Of a stretch of 37,083 bases of DNA, positions 25,954 to 34,587 are shown piece by piece; position 1 is the first letter of the stretch, and each line of letters begins with the position of its first letter. The notes under the pieces were generated by a model that worked only from the letters and a program-made list of their open reading frames with translations, did no database searches and was not told the DNA's origin. Where the stretch lies: positions 1 to 37,083 of the forward strand of contig JBDTAI010000209.1 of assembly GCA_039924685.1 (NCBI GenBank), in the 5' to 3' direction. A program made the position numbers and the translations under genes. This DNA is from Ktedonobacterales bacterium (lineage in GTDB: Bacteria; Chloroflexota; Ktedonobacteria; Ktedonobacterales; JADMIN01).

Positions 25954-27078
25954 ATGCGACGCCTGCTGCGTACATTGATCATCGTCGTCGCCTGCTGCCT
26001 TCCGCTGCTCGTTCTCAACAGCGCAACCGTTCACGCCGTTCACGCCGCCAGCGCCCAAAGCACGCAGGTTATCCAGGCCACTGACGCCGACCCGCGCTTC
26101 TGGTTGCCGGTGCAGGGACCCGCCGATGTGACGCTAACACAGGGGTTCATGCAGGGCGATCATATCGAGGCCTATCAGAGCGCCTATGCGCTGGATTTTG
26201 CCGTATATGCCCAGCCATACTTCATCGTCACTGCCGCGCAGGCCGGGAAAGTGATCGCCTTCGACGATCATTGGGTGGATGGCGTCAATCAGTGCGGCCT
26301 GCCCTGCCCCTGCTGGAAACAGGCGAACTATGTGCTGATCGCGAATGATGGCGATGTACGCACCATCGGCGGCCAGCAGGTATACACCGCCTCGCTCTAT
26401 ATGCACCTCAAGAACGGCAGCGTCAGCAGTCGCATCCATGTGGGCCAGCACGTCAACGTCGGCGATCCCATCGGGCAGGTGGGCTTGACGGGCTGCACGA
26501 CGGGGCCGCATCTGCATTTTCAGGTGCAGACGTTGCCCGACTTCAAGGTGACAGGCAAGCAGACGACGACCGAACTGAGTTGCGATAGCCAGCGCCACCT
26601 AGTACCAGAAGTGATCACGCTCACCGGCGCATCGGGCGTCCCCTGGAAAACGGAGAGCCTGAGTGTACAATTCGCCAACCCGGAACTCAGCCAACTGAGT
26701 CCCGATTGGGAGTGTGCCTTGTCCGGCAATACAGTCATTCACCAACGCAAACAACCACCCACGCCTACACCGTCACCTACGCCGACTGCTACGCCACAAC
26801 CCACCGACACACCACAGCCAACCGCCACGCCGATACAGATTTTTCCGACACCACCAGGTGGCGGCGCTGGTGGCGGCGGCTCCTCTACCTGCTGCACCAC
26901 CTCGATGGGGCTAATCAGCACATGCTTTGTTGTCATGTTTTTCACGCGCCGCTCGAAGCGCAAGCGGCAGGCCACACCAGCGCCCACAGACGCAGGCGGA
27001 GGCGGGCAATGCGGGCAATGCGGGCAATGCGGGCAATGTGAGCAAGACACGCAGGATCGAGAGGAGCGCGCACAATGA
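25954..27078 (+). CDS. Secreted M23-family metallopeptidase with Pro/Thr linker, C-terminal TM anchor and Cys-rich tail
   Basis: Signal peptide MRRLLRTLIIVVACCLPLLVL. M23 motif VGDPIGQVGLTGCTTGPHLHFQV. Linker PPTPTPSPTPTATPQPTDTPQPTATP. GGAGGGGSS + TM + RRSKRKR, then a (GQC)4 tail. ATG 25954 with tgagg upstream is preferred over the TTG at 25948. Confidence 0.85.
   Translation: MRRLLRTLIIVVACCLPLLVLNSATVHAVHAASAQSTQVIQATDADPRFWLPVQGPADVTLTQGFMQGDHIEAYQSAYALDFAVYAQPYFIVTAAQAGKVIAFDDHWVDGVNQCGLPCPCWKQANYVLIANDGDVRTIGGQQVYTASLYMHLKNGSVSSRIHVGQHVNVGDPIGQVGLTGCTTGPHLHFQVQTLPDFKVTGKQTTTELSCDSQRHLVPEVITLTGASGVPWKTESLSVQFANPELSQLSPDWECALSGNTVIHQRKQPPTPTPSPTPTATPQPTDTPQPTATPIQIFPTPPGGGAGGGGSSTCCTTSMGLISTCFVVMFFTRRSKRKRQATPAPTDAGGGGQCGQCGQCGQCEQDTQDREERAQ
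27002..27037 (+). repeat. In-frame 9-bp tandem repeat x4 (gcgggcaat) encoding GQC-GQC-GQC-GQC
   Basis: Read directly, within the 3' end of the M23 peptidase gene. Confidence 0.9.
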
Positions 27079-28331
27079 ACGCGATGACGACCCGCTTCTG
27101 CCCATCCTGTGGGGCGCCGCAAGCTGACCCTGCCGCGCGCTATTGTGGGAACTGTGGCGTCACATTGCCCACACCGTCAGGCGCGCCTGCTGCGCCCGTT
27201 GTTACGCCGCCGTCTCCGGTGCGCGCCTCTGGTCCCATGACTGGTCCTGTCCCTGCGCCCATGCCAGCGCAGCCAGGTAGTCCGCCCTACCCGCAGCCCT
27301 ATACACAACCGTATGCGTCAGCGCCGAGCGCGCCAATCACCGGTAACTGGCAGCCGACCATGCCGGGCGCCCAGCCAACCCCGATGCCACCGCCAGGCGT
27401 CGTCTATGCGCCGCCGATCATGTATGCGCCACTGGTGATGGCGCCTGTTGCGCTTCCGCCCGCGCAAGCGACCAGCGGACAGGCAGAGGAGGCGCTTGCC
27501 GCGCCAGTGGCGCTGTCAGTGGGCGCCGTCTTCGCCGCGCTGCTGGTGGCTGTCGCGTTCGCGCTGCCGCAGCAACTGCTGGGTGTGGACGTCTCGACGC
27601 TGGCGAACGGCGATACAGGAAGCGCAAGTGATGTGACAGGCTGGCTTGCGCTGCTGCGCTATCTCAATCAGAGTTCGCGCTGGCTGCCGGTCGCGCGGCT
27701 ACTCTTTGCGTTCGTCTTCGGCTACGACCCTGGCGCATCATCCGCTGCTGCACTGCTGACGCTTCAGGGTGAGCGCGACCTGTTGCTGCTGCTGATCGGG
27801 CTGGCGCCGCTGGCGCTGGTCTGCGCCTATTGGTACACCCTCGCGCACACGCGGCTTTTCAAGGGCGGTGGCGTGGTGGCGCTGTGGATTGGTGTGACGC
27901 TGCTCTGTTTCTGCCTGCTATTGCTGTTAACCGTGTTTGGCGGAGTCATACTCTATGGCGTGCAGAGCGCGCTGGGTGGCTCCAACGCTACAGCCACAAC
28001 GCCGGTATGGTCATTGGCGCTGCTCGTGCTATATCCAGGGTTCTTCGTCGTGCTGATCGCGCTGGCGGTCATCTGTGCCCTCATCGGCATGCTCCTCGCC
28101 GGGGTGGGGGCCATCAGGCGGCGTGTGTTGACCACTGGATCGCACAGCCGCCATGTGCCGGTCTTCTGGGCGCTACTGGGATTGGGGTTAGCGCAGCTTG
28201 CACTCTTCGCGCTGCTTCAGGCTACCATCATGCAGGGCGCCACCACGTCCTGGCAGCAATTTCCGCTCGGTGCGCTGCTGGTGGTCGTCGCCGTGACTCT
28301 TCATCGGACGTTTGCCACAGGCCGCCCCTGA
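27075..28331 (+). CDS. Zinc-ribbon domain membrane protein (N-terminal CxxC...CxxC, Pro-rich linker, multiple TM helices)
   Basis: FCPSCGAPQADPAARYCGNCG zinc ribbon, a ~100-aa Pro-rich region, then about 7-8 hydrophobic helices. The ATG overlaps the upstream stop (ATGA). Confidence 0.75.
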   Translation: MNAMTTRFCPSCGAPQADPAARYCGNCGVTLPTPSGAPAAPVVTPPSPVRASGPMTGPVPAPMPAQPGSPPYPQPYTQPYASAPSAPITGNWQPTMPGAQPTPMPPPGVVYAPPIMYAPLVMAPVALPPAQATSGQAEEALAAPVALSVGAVFAALLVAVAFALPQQLLGVDVSTLANGDTGSASDVTGWLALLRYLNQSSRWLPVARLLFAFVFGYDPGASSAAALLTLQGERDLLLLLIGLAPLALVCAYWYTLAHTRLFKGGGVVALWIGVTLLCFCLLLLLTVFGGVILYGVQSALGGSNATATTPVWSLALLVLYPGFFVVLIALAVICALIGMLLAGVGAIRRRVLTTGSHSRHVPVFWALLGLGLAQLALFALLQATIMQGATTSWQQFPLGALLVVVAVTLHRTFATGRP

Positions 28332-28375
28332 CACTGCGGGGGATAGTACAGTCAAGCGGCGGACAGGAGACAACA

Positions 28376-28408
28376 TAGCGCTGGATCGCACAAAGCGATC
28401 CAGCGCTA
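28376..28408. terminator. Strong hairpin between convergent genes (bidirectional terminator)
   Basis: 14-bp perfect stem tagcgctggatcgc / gcgatccagcgcta with a 5-nt loop. Confidence 0.65.
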
Positions 28409-28434
28409 CGCCATGGGTGATCGGTTGTTTGACG

Positions 28435-28794
28435 CTACTTCTCGGTAGACGTCTCAGGCTGGGCGCCTTCAGCGTCGCCGCGCCGGTGTGCGCGCTGGCC
28501 GCCGATGCGTCCGATGCGCGAATAGTGCTCGACACCCAGGTTGCGCTTGGTGGATTCGCCGCCACGACGCCCAATCTCAGTATAGAACGCGGAGCCGTGA
28601 CGCTCGCGCACCGTCGAGCCGCCTTTGGAGCCAATGCGGCTGTAGAACTCGCGGCCATACTTCTCGCGGGCGGCGGTACCACCACGTTTTGCCGCCTCGG
28701 TCCCCGGACGCGGTCCGGGCTTGCGGCGCTCACGGGGAGCCTGCTGCTGATCAGGAGCCGTATCGTTTGTCAGGGAAATGCGATCTTCAGGCAC
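28435..28794 (-). CDS. KGG-repeat general stress protein (YciG/GsiB-like)
   Basis: Three repeats of the type EFYSRIGSKGGSTVRERHG / AFYTEIGRRGGESTKRNLG / EHYSRIGRIGGQRAHRRG. GTG start with aaggacagga upstream. Confidence 0.85.
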   Translation of the reverse strand: MPEDRISLTNDTAPDQQQAPRERRKPGPRPGTEAAKRGGTAAREKYGREFYSRIGSKGGSTVRERHGSAFYTEIGRRGGESTKRNLGVEHYSRIGRIGGQRAHRRGDAEGAQPETSTEK

Positions 28795-29094
28795 TATCCT
28801 GTCCTTTCAGATAACTGCCAGGGAATGGCTAACTAGGGCTACAACGTGCGCCTGCCTCATTCGTCGCTATATCTTCACAGTGGCGCACGTGATCGCCCGA
28901 TGTGATGCTGCACAAGTTGGCTGGCGTAGCATGGCGCGCGAGCTACGTTCACCTGTATGCGCGCTGCGAATGCGCAAGGCTGCTACCGATAGATACGAGA
29001 CAGATGGGGTATTGCCGCCAGAATATGTCGCAATTGTCGGATTCCGCTGTACACTGGCATATAGGCGCTCATCCATCCCTGTGACGAGGTAGCG

Positions 29095-30630
29095 GTGAAG
29101 AGCGATGAGAGCTACAGGCGCCTATTATGCAAAGGAATGATCGGGCAGATGAGCAGATCACAGGCAAGAGAGCGCAAAGGAAGCGGCGATATGAGTGATC
29201 CAGGCCAGACTGGAAAGGCCGATAATCCGACGTTCGGCGCCGCTCACCGGCAGGAAGATGATGCTGCTGCGACAGGCAGGGAGTACAGGATGCAGCAGGC
29301 GCGGCAGCCAGAGCGACAGGGGAGCCAGAAACATGCGAAGGAGCGGTGGTATGGCGTGCAGGAAACCGCCAATTTTCTTGGCTTGCATCGCTCCACCTTG
29401 CATCTCGCCATCCAGCGCGGACGCCTGACGCCCGATCTGCGCACGCCCGGCGGACATGCGCGCTTCCGGCGGGCAACGCTCGAAGCCTTCCAGCGGCGAC
29501 TGGTGGCGGAAGCGGCTACTAGCGAAGTGAGCGTCTTTGCGCCTGCTCAGGTGATGGCGACGCTCGCCAGCCTGATTGCTTCAGCGCAGCCTCTGCGCGC
29601 AATCTGTCAGGCGGCGGTGAACGGTATTATCGCCGTGGAGCCGGACGTGATGTGCTGTATCGTGTTTCGCGTCACGGATCAGATAGACCAACTGGATCAG
29701 GGGAGCCAGAGTGACCAGAGCGATGAGCGTCTCTTGGGGCAGCGCGGTAGCCCAAGCGCGCTACGCCTCTATGCCTCGCAGGGTTTCCCGCGCCGCTTCT
29801 TTCGCACCTATACTCTGTTGCGCACACAGACCAGCGCCTCGTTCGCCACTCTCTCTGTCTTGCGGACACGCGAGGCCGAGTTTTGCGATGACATCGCCCA
29901 GAGCGAAGAGGTATATCCCTACAGTGGCACACGGCGTCTTCTGGAGGAGATGGGGATGCGCGCCTATGGGGTCGCGCCGATTGTGGTCACGGGTCGGGCC
30001 GTCGGCGCGCTGATCGTTGGTAGCAAACTGCCGCATCACTTCTCCCTGCATGAACGGGTGTTTGTGCAGGGCATCACCGACCAGCTTGCCAGTGCTGTGC
30101 GTATGCAGCGGGGGCGACGGCGAAACGAATCCGACATGCAGGCGGCGCGGACACTGCTGGCGCAGGTGTTTAGCCGACGCGCGGCGGGTGGGCGAACAGC
30201 GCCAGCGCCAGCCCAATCAGCGCTGGCTGGCATCGAAGGTGAGCAGGAAGAACAGCCAGAGGGGCAGCGACACAAAAGCCCCATGGCGCCATTGGTGATG
30301 CTCTTGACGCAGCAGACCGGCGCCATCCAGGTTTGCGCGCTCGGCTTCGGTGCATCTGTGCAGGGTGATTCACTGGATGAGTGTAGCGTGAACCTGCTTG
30401 AATTGGCATGTGACGCCAGCGCAGGCGATGCGCTGGCGCAGCGGCATTGGCGTGATGACGCGGGCGCGACCAGCACAGGGCTGGCGCTGAGTATTCCGCT
30501 AGCTGGTGGCAGCGGCAAGCGTGGCGCTGTGGTGGCCCTCTGGCAGGGCATACATACGCCAACCGAGGGCGACAAGCTGCTGCTGATGGCGTTCGCGGGC
30601 GCCTGTGCATTGCTGGCGGAAGAAGGATAG
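29095..30630 (+). CDS. Putative transcriptional regulator: excisionase/MerR-type HTH followed by a GAF-like sensor region
   Basis: WYGVQETANFLGLHRSTLHLAIQRGRLTP...GGHARFRR matches the excisionase-family HTH. The remaining ~400 aa look like a GAF-type fold, but that is a weak by-eye call. Start uncertain. Confidence 0.7.
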   Translation: MKSDESYRRLLCKGMIGQMSRSQARERKGSGDMSDPGQTGKADNPTFGAAHRQEDDAAATGREYRMQQARQPERQGSQKHAKERWYGVQETANFLGLHRSTLHLAIQRGRLTPDLRTPGGHARFRRATLEAFQRRLVAEAATSEVSVFAPAQVMATLASLIASAQPLRAICQAAVNGIIAVEPDVMCCIVFRVTDQIDQLDQGSQSDQSDERLLGQRGSPSALRLYASQGFPRRFFRTYTLLRTQTSASFATLSVLRTREAEFCDDIAQSEEVYPYSGTRRLLEEMGMRAYGVAPIVVTGRAVGALIVGSKLPHHFSLHERVFVQGITDQLASAVRMQRGRRRNESDMQAARTLLAQVFSRRAAGGRTAPAPAQSALAGIEGEQEEQPEGQRHKSPMAPLVMLLTQQTGAIQVCALGFGASVQGDSLDECSVNLLELACDASAGDALAQRHWRDDAGATSTGLALSIPLAGGSGKRGAVVALWQGIHTPTEGDKLLLMAFAGACALLAEEG

Positions 30631-30819
30631 TGAGATCGCAACGTTTTAAGGCCGACATGCGGATGGAGCATGCTCTGGCGCCGTGGTACAGGGTTTGCGA
30701 TAGTGGATGTTCAGCGAGGTCAACGCAGTGATGCAGACGGCTGCTACGTACAAGGCCGTACGCGGCAAATGCACAGAACTGCTCCACTGTTTTCATCAGG
30801 ATATGTAGGGGAATTAGTC

Positions 30820-31044
30820 ATGAGCCTATGGGATGTTTCGACGCCAGTGAGCGGGCATTGTCAGCAATGCGGCGACGACCTGGGGACACCGCTACGGGTG
30901 CGGGCGACGGCGGAGTGGGTGCAGAGCTATCAGCATGACGAGCGCCTGCGCCGTAGCGTCGAGCGCGCCGTTGTGCGGCTGGTGGTTGCGCGCCATGCGA
31001 CCAGTTGTGCAGGCGCGGTCGCCCTGCATCAGCGCACTGCGTAA
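30820..31044 (+). CDS. Small hypothetical protein (74 aa) with an HCQQCG motif
   Basis: ATG preceded by taggggaa, GC3-rich codons, and a small hairpin right after the stop. No homology recognisable. Confidence 0.4.
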   Translation: MSLWDVSTPVSGHCQQCGDDLGTPLRVRATAEWVQSYQHDERLRRSVERAVVRLVVARHATSCAGAVALHQRTA

Positions 31045-31239
31045 TCAGGCGCCAGATCGCCTGTTCCCGGCGTTGAATAGCCGGTAAAGTTGTGAAGGCC
31101 GATGTACAGCCGATGTACAAACGATAGCCCTTCTGCGCGACATCGATCCAGCGGGGTTGCGGCGCGCACGACCATCCGCGCATCACTCCCCACGCGTCGC
31201 CAACCCGCCATTCGTGGCTCCGCTGCCACTACGTTCCCG

Positions 31240-31282
31240 AAGACCGCCATCCTGGAAGGGACACCCCTTTCGTGGCGGTCTT
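31240..31282 (+). other. Strong extended hairpin in a long intergenic region (terminator-like or structured RNA)
   Basis: aagaccgcca / tggcggtctt (10 bp) enclosing an inner gaaggg...cccttt stem, followed by gatcatctttgt. Confidence 0.4.
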
Positions 31283-31450
31283 GATCATCTTTGTGGCAAG
31301 GTGCGCTCCTCCATGACGCTCCCATGTGCGCGCAGGTGGTCCTGGCTGGCAGTCAATGGTCAATACGGAACTCTTGTATAGGCTGAAGCGTAGAGACTGT
31401 TATAGTAGTCCGGCAGACCCCTCGTGTGGCGTCTGCGCTGCATCTGCTCG

Positions 31451-31459
31451 TGATATGCT
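31451..31459 (+). promoter_or_regulatory. Possible extended -10 promoter (TGaTATGCT)
   Basis: It lies ~50 nt upstream of the ATG at 31507. Confidence 0.35.
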
Positions 31460-31506
31460 CACGGCTGATGGCTGGCTGATGACTACTGGGAAAAGGTGAC
31501 CCTGCT

Positions 31507-33141
31507 ATGGCTCGCAGTCTTTATCGCTTATATCTCTACGTGGTGTTCTCATTGATGGCGCTGTTGGCAGCCTTCAGCCTCACGTTCATGCTGTCGCAAC
31601 TGCTGGCATTCACTCCACTGAGTGGTGGATTTTATGCGCCGCCAGACGCCGCCTCCGTCACCCAGTCGATCATCCTCGCCAGCATCACGCTGCTGATCAC
31701 CGGTGGATTGGGTGGGCTGCACTACTGGCTGATCCGCCGCGAACAGCGCAGCGACCCCGAACCGGGCAGAAGCGTGATCCGCGCACTGTTCCTGAACGCC
31801 ATCGAAGGCTCGTACGTTATCGCGTTTGTCCTGACGCTGAGTTTTGCCTTCTTGCACTTCCTGCCAGGGGGCGGCAGCAACATAGCGTCTGCTGTAGCGA
31901 GCGCAATCAGTTCCGCGCTGATAATAAGCCTCTTTGAGTTGGAGCGGCGGCGCGTCCCTGCGACAATCGGCGCTGCCGCTGTCTTGCAACGCCTCCATTT
32001 CTATGGCGTGCAACTGCTGCTGCTCTTCATCATCCAGGGCTTTTTGCAAAATGTGTTGGGGACGAGCGAGCGTGCGATCCTGCGCGGCACGCCCTTCAAT
32101 CTCTGCGCGCCCAATCAGTTCAGTCCCGACTTCGGCGCGTGTTTTTCGGTGAACATCGGATCGCTCTGGCTGGCGGCGTTGGTTCCGCTGGCGGTCTGGG
32201 GCGCTTATGCGCTGCTGACGGCGCGTGATCAGCGTTCACTGTTGCGTCAGGTGTTCCATGTGATCAGCTTCAGCTATGCGGTGATCGTTTTCCTGTTCGG
32301 TCTCGAGCGCGCGCTGGAGTATTTGCTGCGAATACCATTCGGGCAGTCAGTTGATCCTGTCACGTTTGGCTCCCAGTTCGACTTCCCGCCGATCCTGATC
32401 TTCGGCGGGCTGGCGATTCTGGCATACGGCGTTTGGCTGCGCGCCGATGCGCCATACTCGCATACTGGGCCAACGACGCTGCGGCTGATCGTGCAGTCGC
32501 TCATCGGCATATTTCTGAGTGCGCCGTTCTGGTATGGTATTGGCTCACTGCTCTATCACCTGCTCGAAGGCAGCGCACACGGTACGCTAACGAGCGATAC
32601 CAGTTGGTGGCCACTCACGCTCGCGTTGCTGCTGGTTGGCATAGCCTATATCCCCACGGCGCTCAACCTGAGCCGGCGCAGCGCCCAGACGGGAATGCAC
32701 AGTCCACGGCGCGGCTTTGTGCTGGCATTGCTGGCGGCTGGCGCGCTGACGCTAGCCGGAGGGGTGATCGGACTGCTCTACACGCTGGTGACGACGGCGC
32801 TGGGAGCGCCACTGCTGAACTGGCAGGATACAGCGCGTGCGGCAGGGGCGGCACTGCTGACCGGCCTCGTGTTGGTGGGCGTCTACCTCTGGATCGCCGT
32901 TCGTGAAGGGGTATTTGCGCGTCAGGGCCAGCCCGCTACGCCTGTCGCATCCCAGGCGCCTGTCGTGGCTGCATCTGGCGAGACGCTCACTCCACGTATC
33001 AACGAAGGAAGTGGCAACGAGTTGGCGCCTGCTGGTTCCCTGGAAGGCGTGCTTGATGAACTGCTGGCGAACACGCTCAGTCGCGATCAAGCGGCGGCGC
33101 GCATCCGTGAACTGGTGGGCGCCCGCATGATACAACCTTGA
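31507..33141 (+). CDS. Large polytopic membrane protein, function unknown
   Basis: 544-aa ORF with about 12 hydrophobic segments and a soluble C-terminal tail. No motif recognised. Confidence 0.7.
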   Translation: MARSLYRLYLYVVFSLMALLAAFSLTFMLSQLLAFTPLSGGFYAPPDAASVTQSIILASITLLITGGLGGLHYWLIRREQRSDPEPGRSVIRALFLNAIEGSYVIAFVLTLSFAFLHFLPGGGSNIASAVASAISSALIISLFELERRRVPATIGAAAVLQRLHFYGVQLLLLFIIQGFLQNVLGTSERAILRGTPFNLCAPNQFSPDFGACFSVNIGSLWLAALVPLAVWGAYALLTARDQRSLLRQVFHVISFSYAVIVFLFGLERALEYLLRIPFGQSVDPVTFGSQFDFPPILIFGGLAILAYGVWLRADAPYSHTGPTTLRLIVQSLIGIFLSAPFWYGIGSLLYHLLEGSAHGTLTSDTSWWPLTLALLLVGIAYIPTALNLSRRSAQTGMHSPRRGFVLALLAAGALTLAGGVIGLLYTLVTTALGAPLLNWQDTARAAGAALLTGLVLVGVYLWIAVREGVFARQGQPATPVASQAPVVAASGETLTPRINEGSGNELAPAGSLEGVLDELLANTLSRDQAAARIRELVGARMIQP

Positions 33142-33172
33142 ATACAAGGCTGATATCATGACCCTACAGCAA

Positions 33173-34150
33173 CATGAGCAGGGAGATACTTAGGCCTTAT
33201 TCGGAAACCGGCTTACGCTGCTCGTAAGCGATCACATTGCTGGAAGCAAAGGAGAGCGCAGGCCAGATGCAGGAAAGCTTCGTACGTCGGTTTCAGCTTC
33301 TCCCACCGCACCAGCAGGCGCCGCGAGCCGTTGAGCCAGCTATGCAGGCGCTCCACCACCCAGCGGCGCGGCTTCTTGTCGGGATCAGGCGATCCCGCAT
33401 GCGCGGTCTCCTCGCCACGCGGGCGGATATGCGCGGTATAGTGGCGCTGCTCGGCGGCAAAGCGGGGCAGGTCGTAGTCATAGCCTGCATCCAAACACAG
33501 GTGCTGCGGCTGTTCGGCGGTGGGCGTCGGTCGGTCGACAACGATGGCATCCAGTGTCGGCGCGGCCAGTTTCATGTCGTGGACATTGGCTCCTGCCACG
33601 ACAACCGCCAATGGCAAGCCGTGGCCGTCACTCAGTGTGCTGCGCTTGGTCCCGTACTTGCCGCGATCCGTCGGGTTGTGTCCGAACCCCTCGGCGTCGG
33701 CGGTCGCGGCGCGGGCGAAAGGGGCTTTCGTCATCGCTCCGTCCAGGCTTTGCCATTCCCAATCAATGCCGACCAACTCGTCGAACTCGGTCAGACTTGC
33801 CGCCCACAGCCGCTCGAAAAAGCCGTCGCGTTCCCAGGCCCGAAAGCGATCGTAGACCGTGGTCGAAGCGCCGATCTCGTGCGGCAAGGCGTTCCACTGC
33901 AGGCCGGTGCGCAGCACATACAGCATCGCGCCCAGCATCTGTCGGTCGTCGCGGGGCGGCCTGCCCCCTTTCGGATGCGGCTTGTGCGGCGGCAGCAATG
34001 GCTGCGCCCGCTCCCAGACCGCCTCGCTCAGTTCCCACGGTTTTGTGCGTGCCATCGGGATGCGCTCCTTCCTTCCTCTGCTCAGTCACCTCCTTCAGTG
34101 TACCACAGTTTTACTGTTTCCGAATAAGGTCTTAGAACTCCCTGCTCATG
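33173..34150 (-). mobile_element. IS5-family insertion sequence (978 bp) with ~35-bp imperfect terminal inverted repeats
   Basis: Left end CATGAGCAGGGAGATACTTAGGCCTTATTCGGAAAC. Reverse complement of the right end CATGAGCAGGGAGTTCTAAGACCTTATTCGGAAAC. A single transposase ORF lies inside. Confidence 0.85.
33213..34055 (-). CDS. IS5-family DDE transposase (DUF4096-type N-terminus + DDE_Tnp_1)
   Basis: N-terminal GGRPPRDDRQMLGAMLYVLRTGLQWNALP. DDE region ANVHD, LCLDAGYDY, VVERLHSWLNGSRRLLVRWEK (E-x6-R..K block). Confidence 0.92.
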   Translation of the reverse strand: MARTKPWELSEAVWERAQPLLPPHKPHPKGGRPPRDDRQMLGAMLYVLRTGLQWNALPHEIGASTTVYDRFRAWERDGFFERLWAASLTEFDELVGIDWEWQSLDGAMTKAPFARAATADAEGFGHNPTDRGKYGTKRSTLSDGHGLPLAVVVAGANVHDMKLAAPTLDAIVVDRPTPTAEQPQHLCLDAGYDYDLPRFAAEQRHYTAHIRPRGEETAHAGSPDPDKKPRRWVVERLHSWLNGSRRLLVRWEKLKPTYEAFLHLACALLCFQQCDRLRAA

Positions 34151-34170
34151 AACACAGAAAGCATACCTGA

Positions 34171-34587
34171 TCAGCGAGCGGCCGGTTGTGAACCTTCGAT
34201 CTCCGCTAAACCTTGCTGTTGATAGATGCTGAACACGTTGCCTGCGGGGTCGCTAAAGAGGGCATAGACCTCGTCCTCATCAGGATTGACCGGCTGCACA
34301 ATCGTACCGCCTGCGGCGCTGATGGCTTCGAGCGTCGTTGCGGCGCTTGCAACCATAATGCCCACCAGCACACCTGGGACAGTTGCTGGAGGGCGTCCAG
34401 TCACCCATGTTCCACTGACCTCCGAGGTTGTGTCGTCGAATGCGGTTGAGCCGTCGCCCCGCTGCCTGACGCGCCAACCAAAGACTCGTTGATAGAACTG
34501 CGCTGACACGGCGACATTGGTGGCCGGGATTTCCAGGTAACAAATCTTGCCTGTTCGATAGTTGGGAGATGCCGCTTGGTTAGTCAT
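34171..34587 (-). CDS. VOC (glyoxalase/bleomycin-resistance/dioxygenase) family protein
   Basis: ICYLEIPATNVAVSAQFYQRVFGW and C-terminal FSDPAGNVFSIY. ATG 34587 with GAGGAG upstream is preferred over 34650. Confidence 0.85.
   Translation of the reverse strand: MTNQAASPNYRTGKICYLEIPATNVAVSAQFYQRVFGWRVRQRGDGSTAFDDTTSEVSGTWVTGRPPATVPGVLVGIMVASAATTLEAISAAGGTIVQPVNPDEDEVYALFSDPAGNVFSIYQQQGLAEIEGSQPAAR

Noticed and set aside
28312-28836. 174-aa + strand ORF overlapping the KGG protein gene
   Set aside because: The minus-strand frame gives three clean KGG-type repeats and a good RBS; the + frame has no features.
33237-34135. 296-aa and 193-aa + strand ORFs inside the IS element
   Set aside because: They are antisense to the DDE transposase, which has clear IS5 motifs, and have Arg/Ala-rich junk composition.
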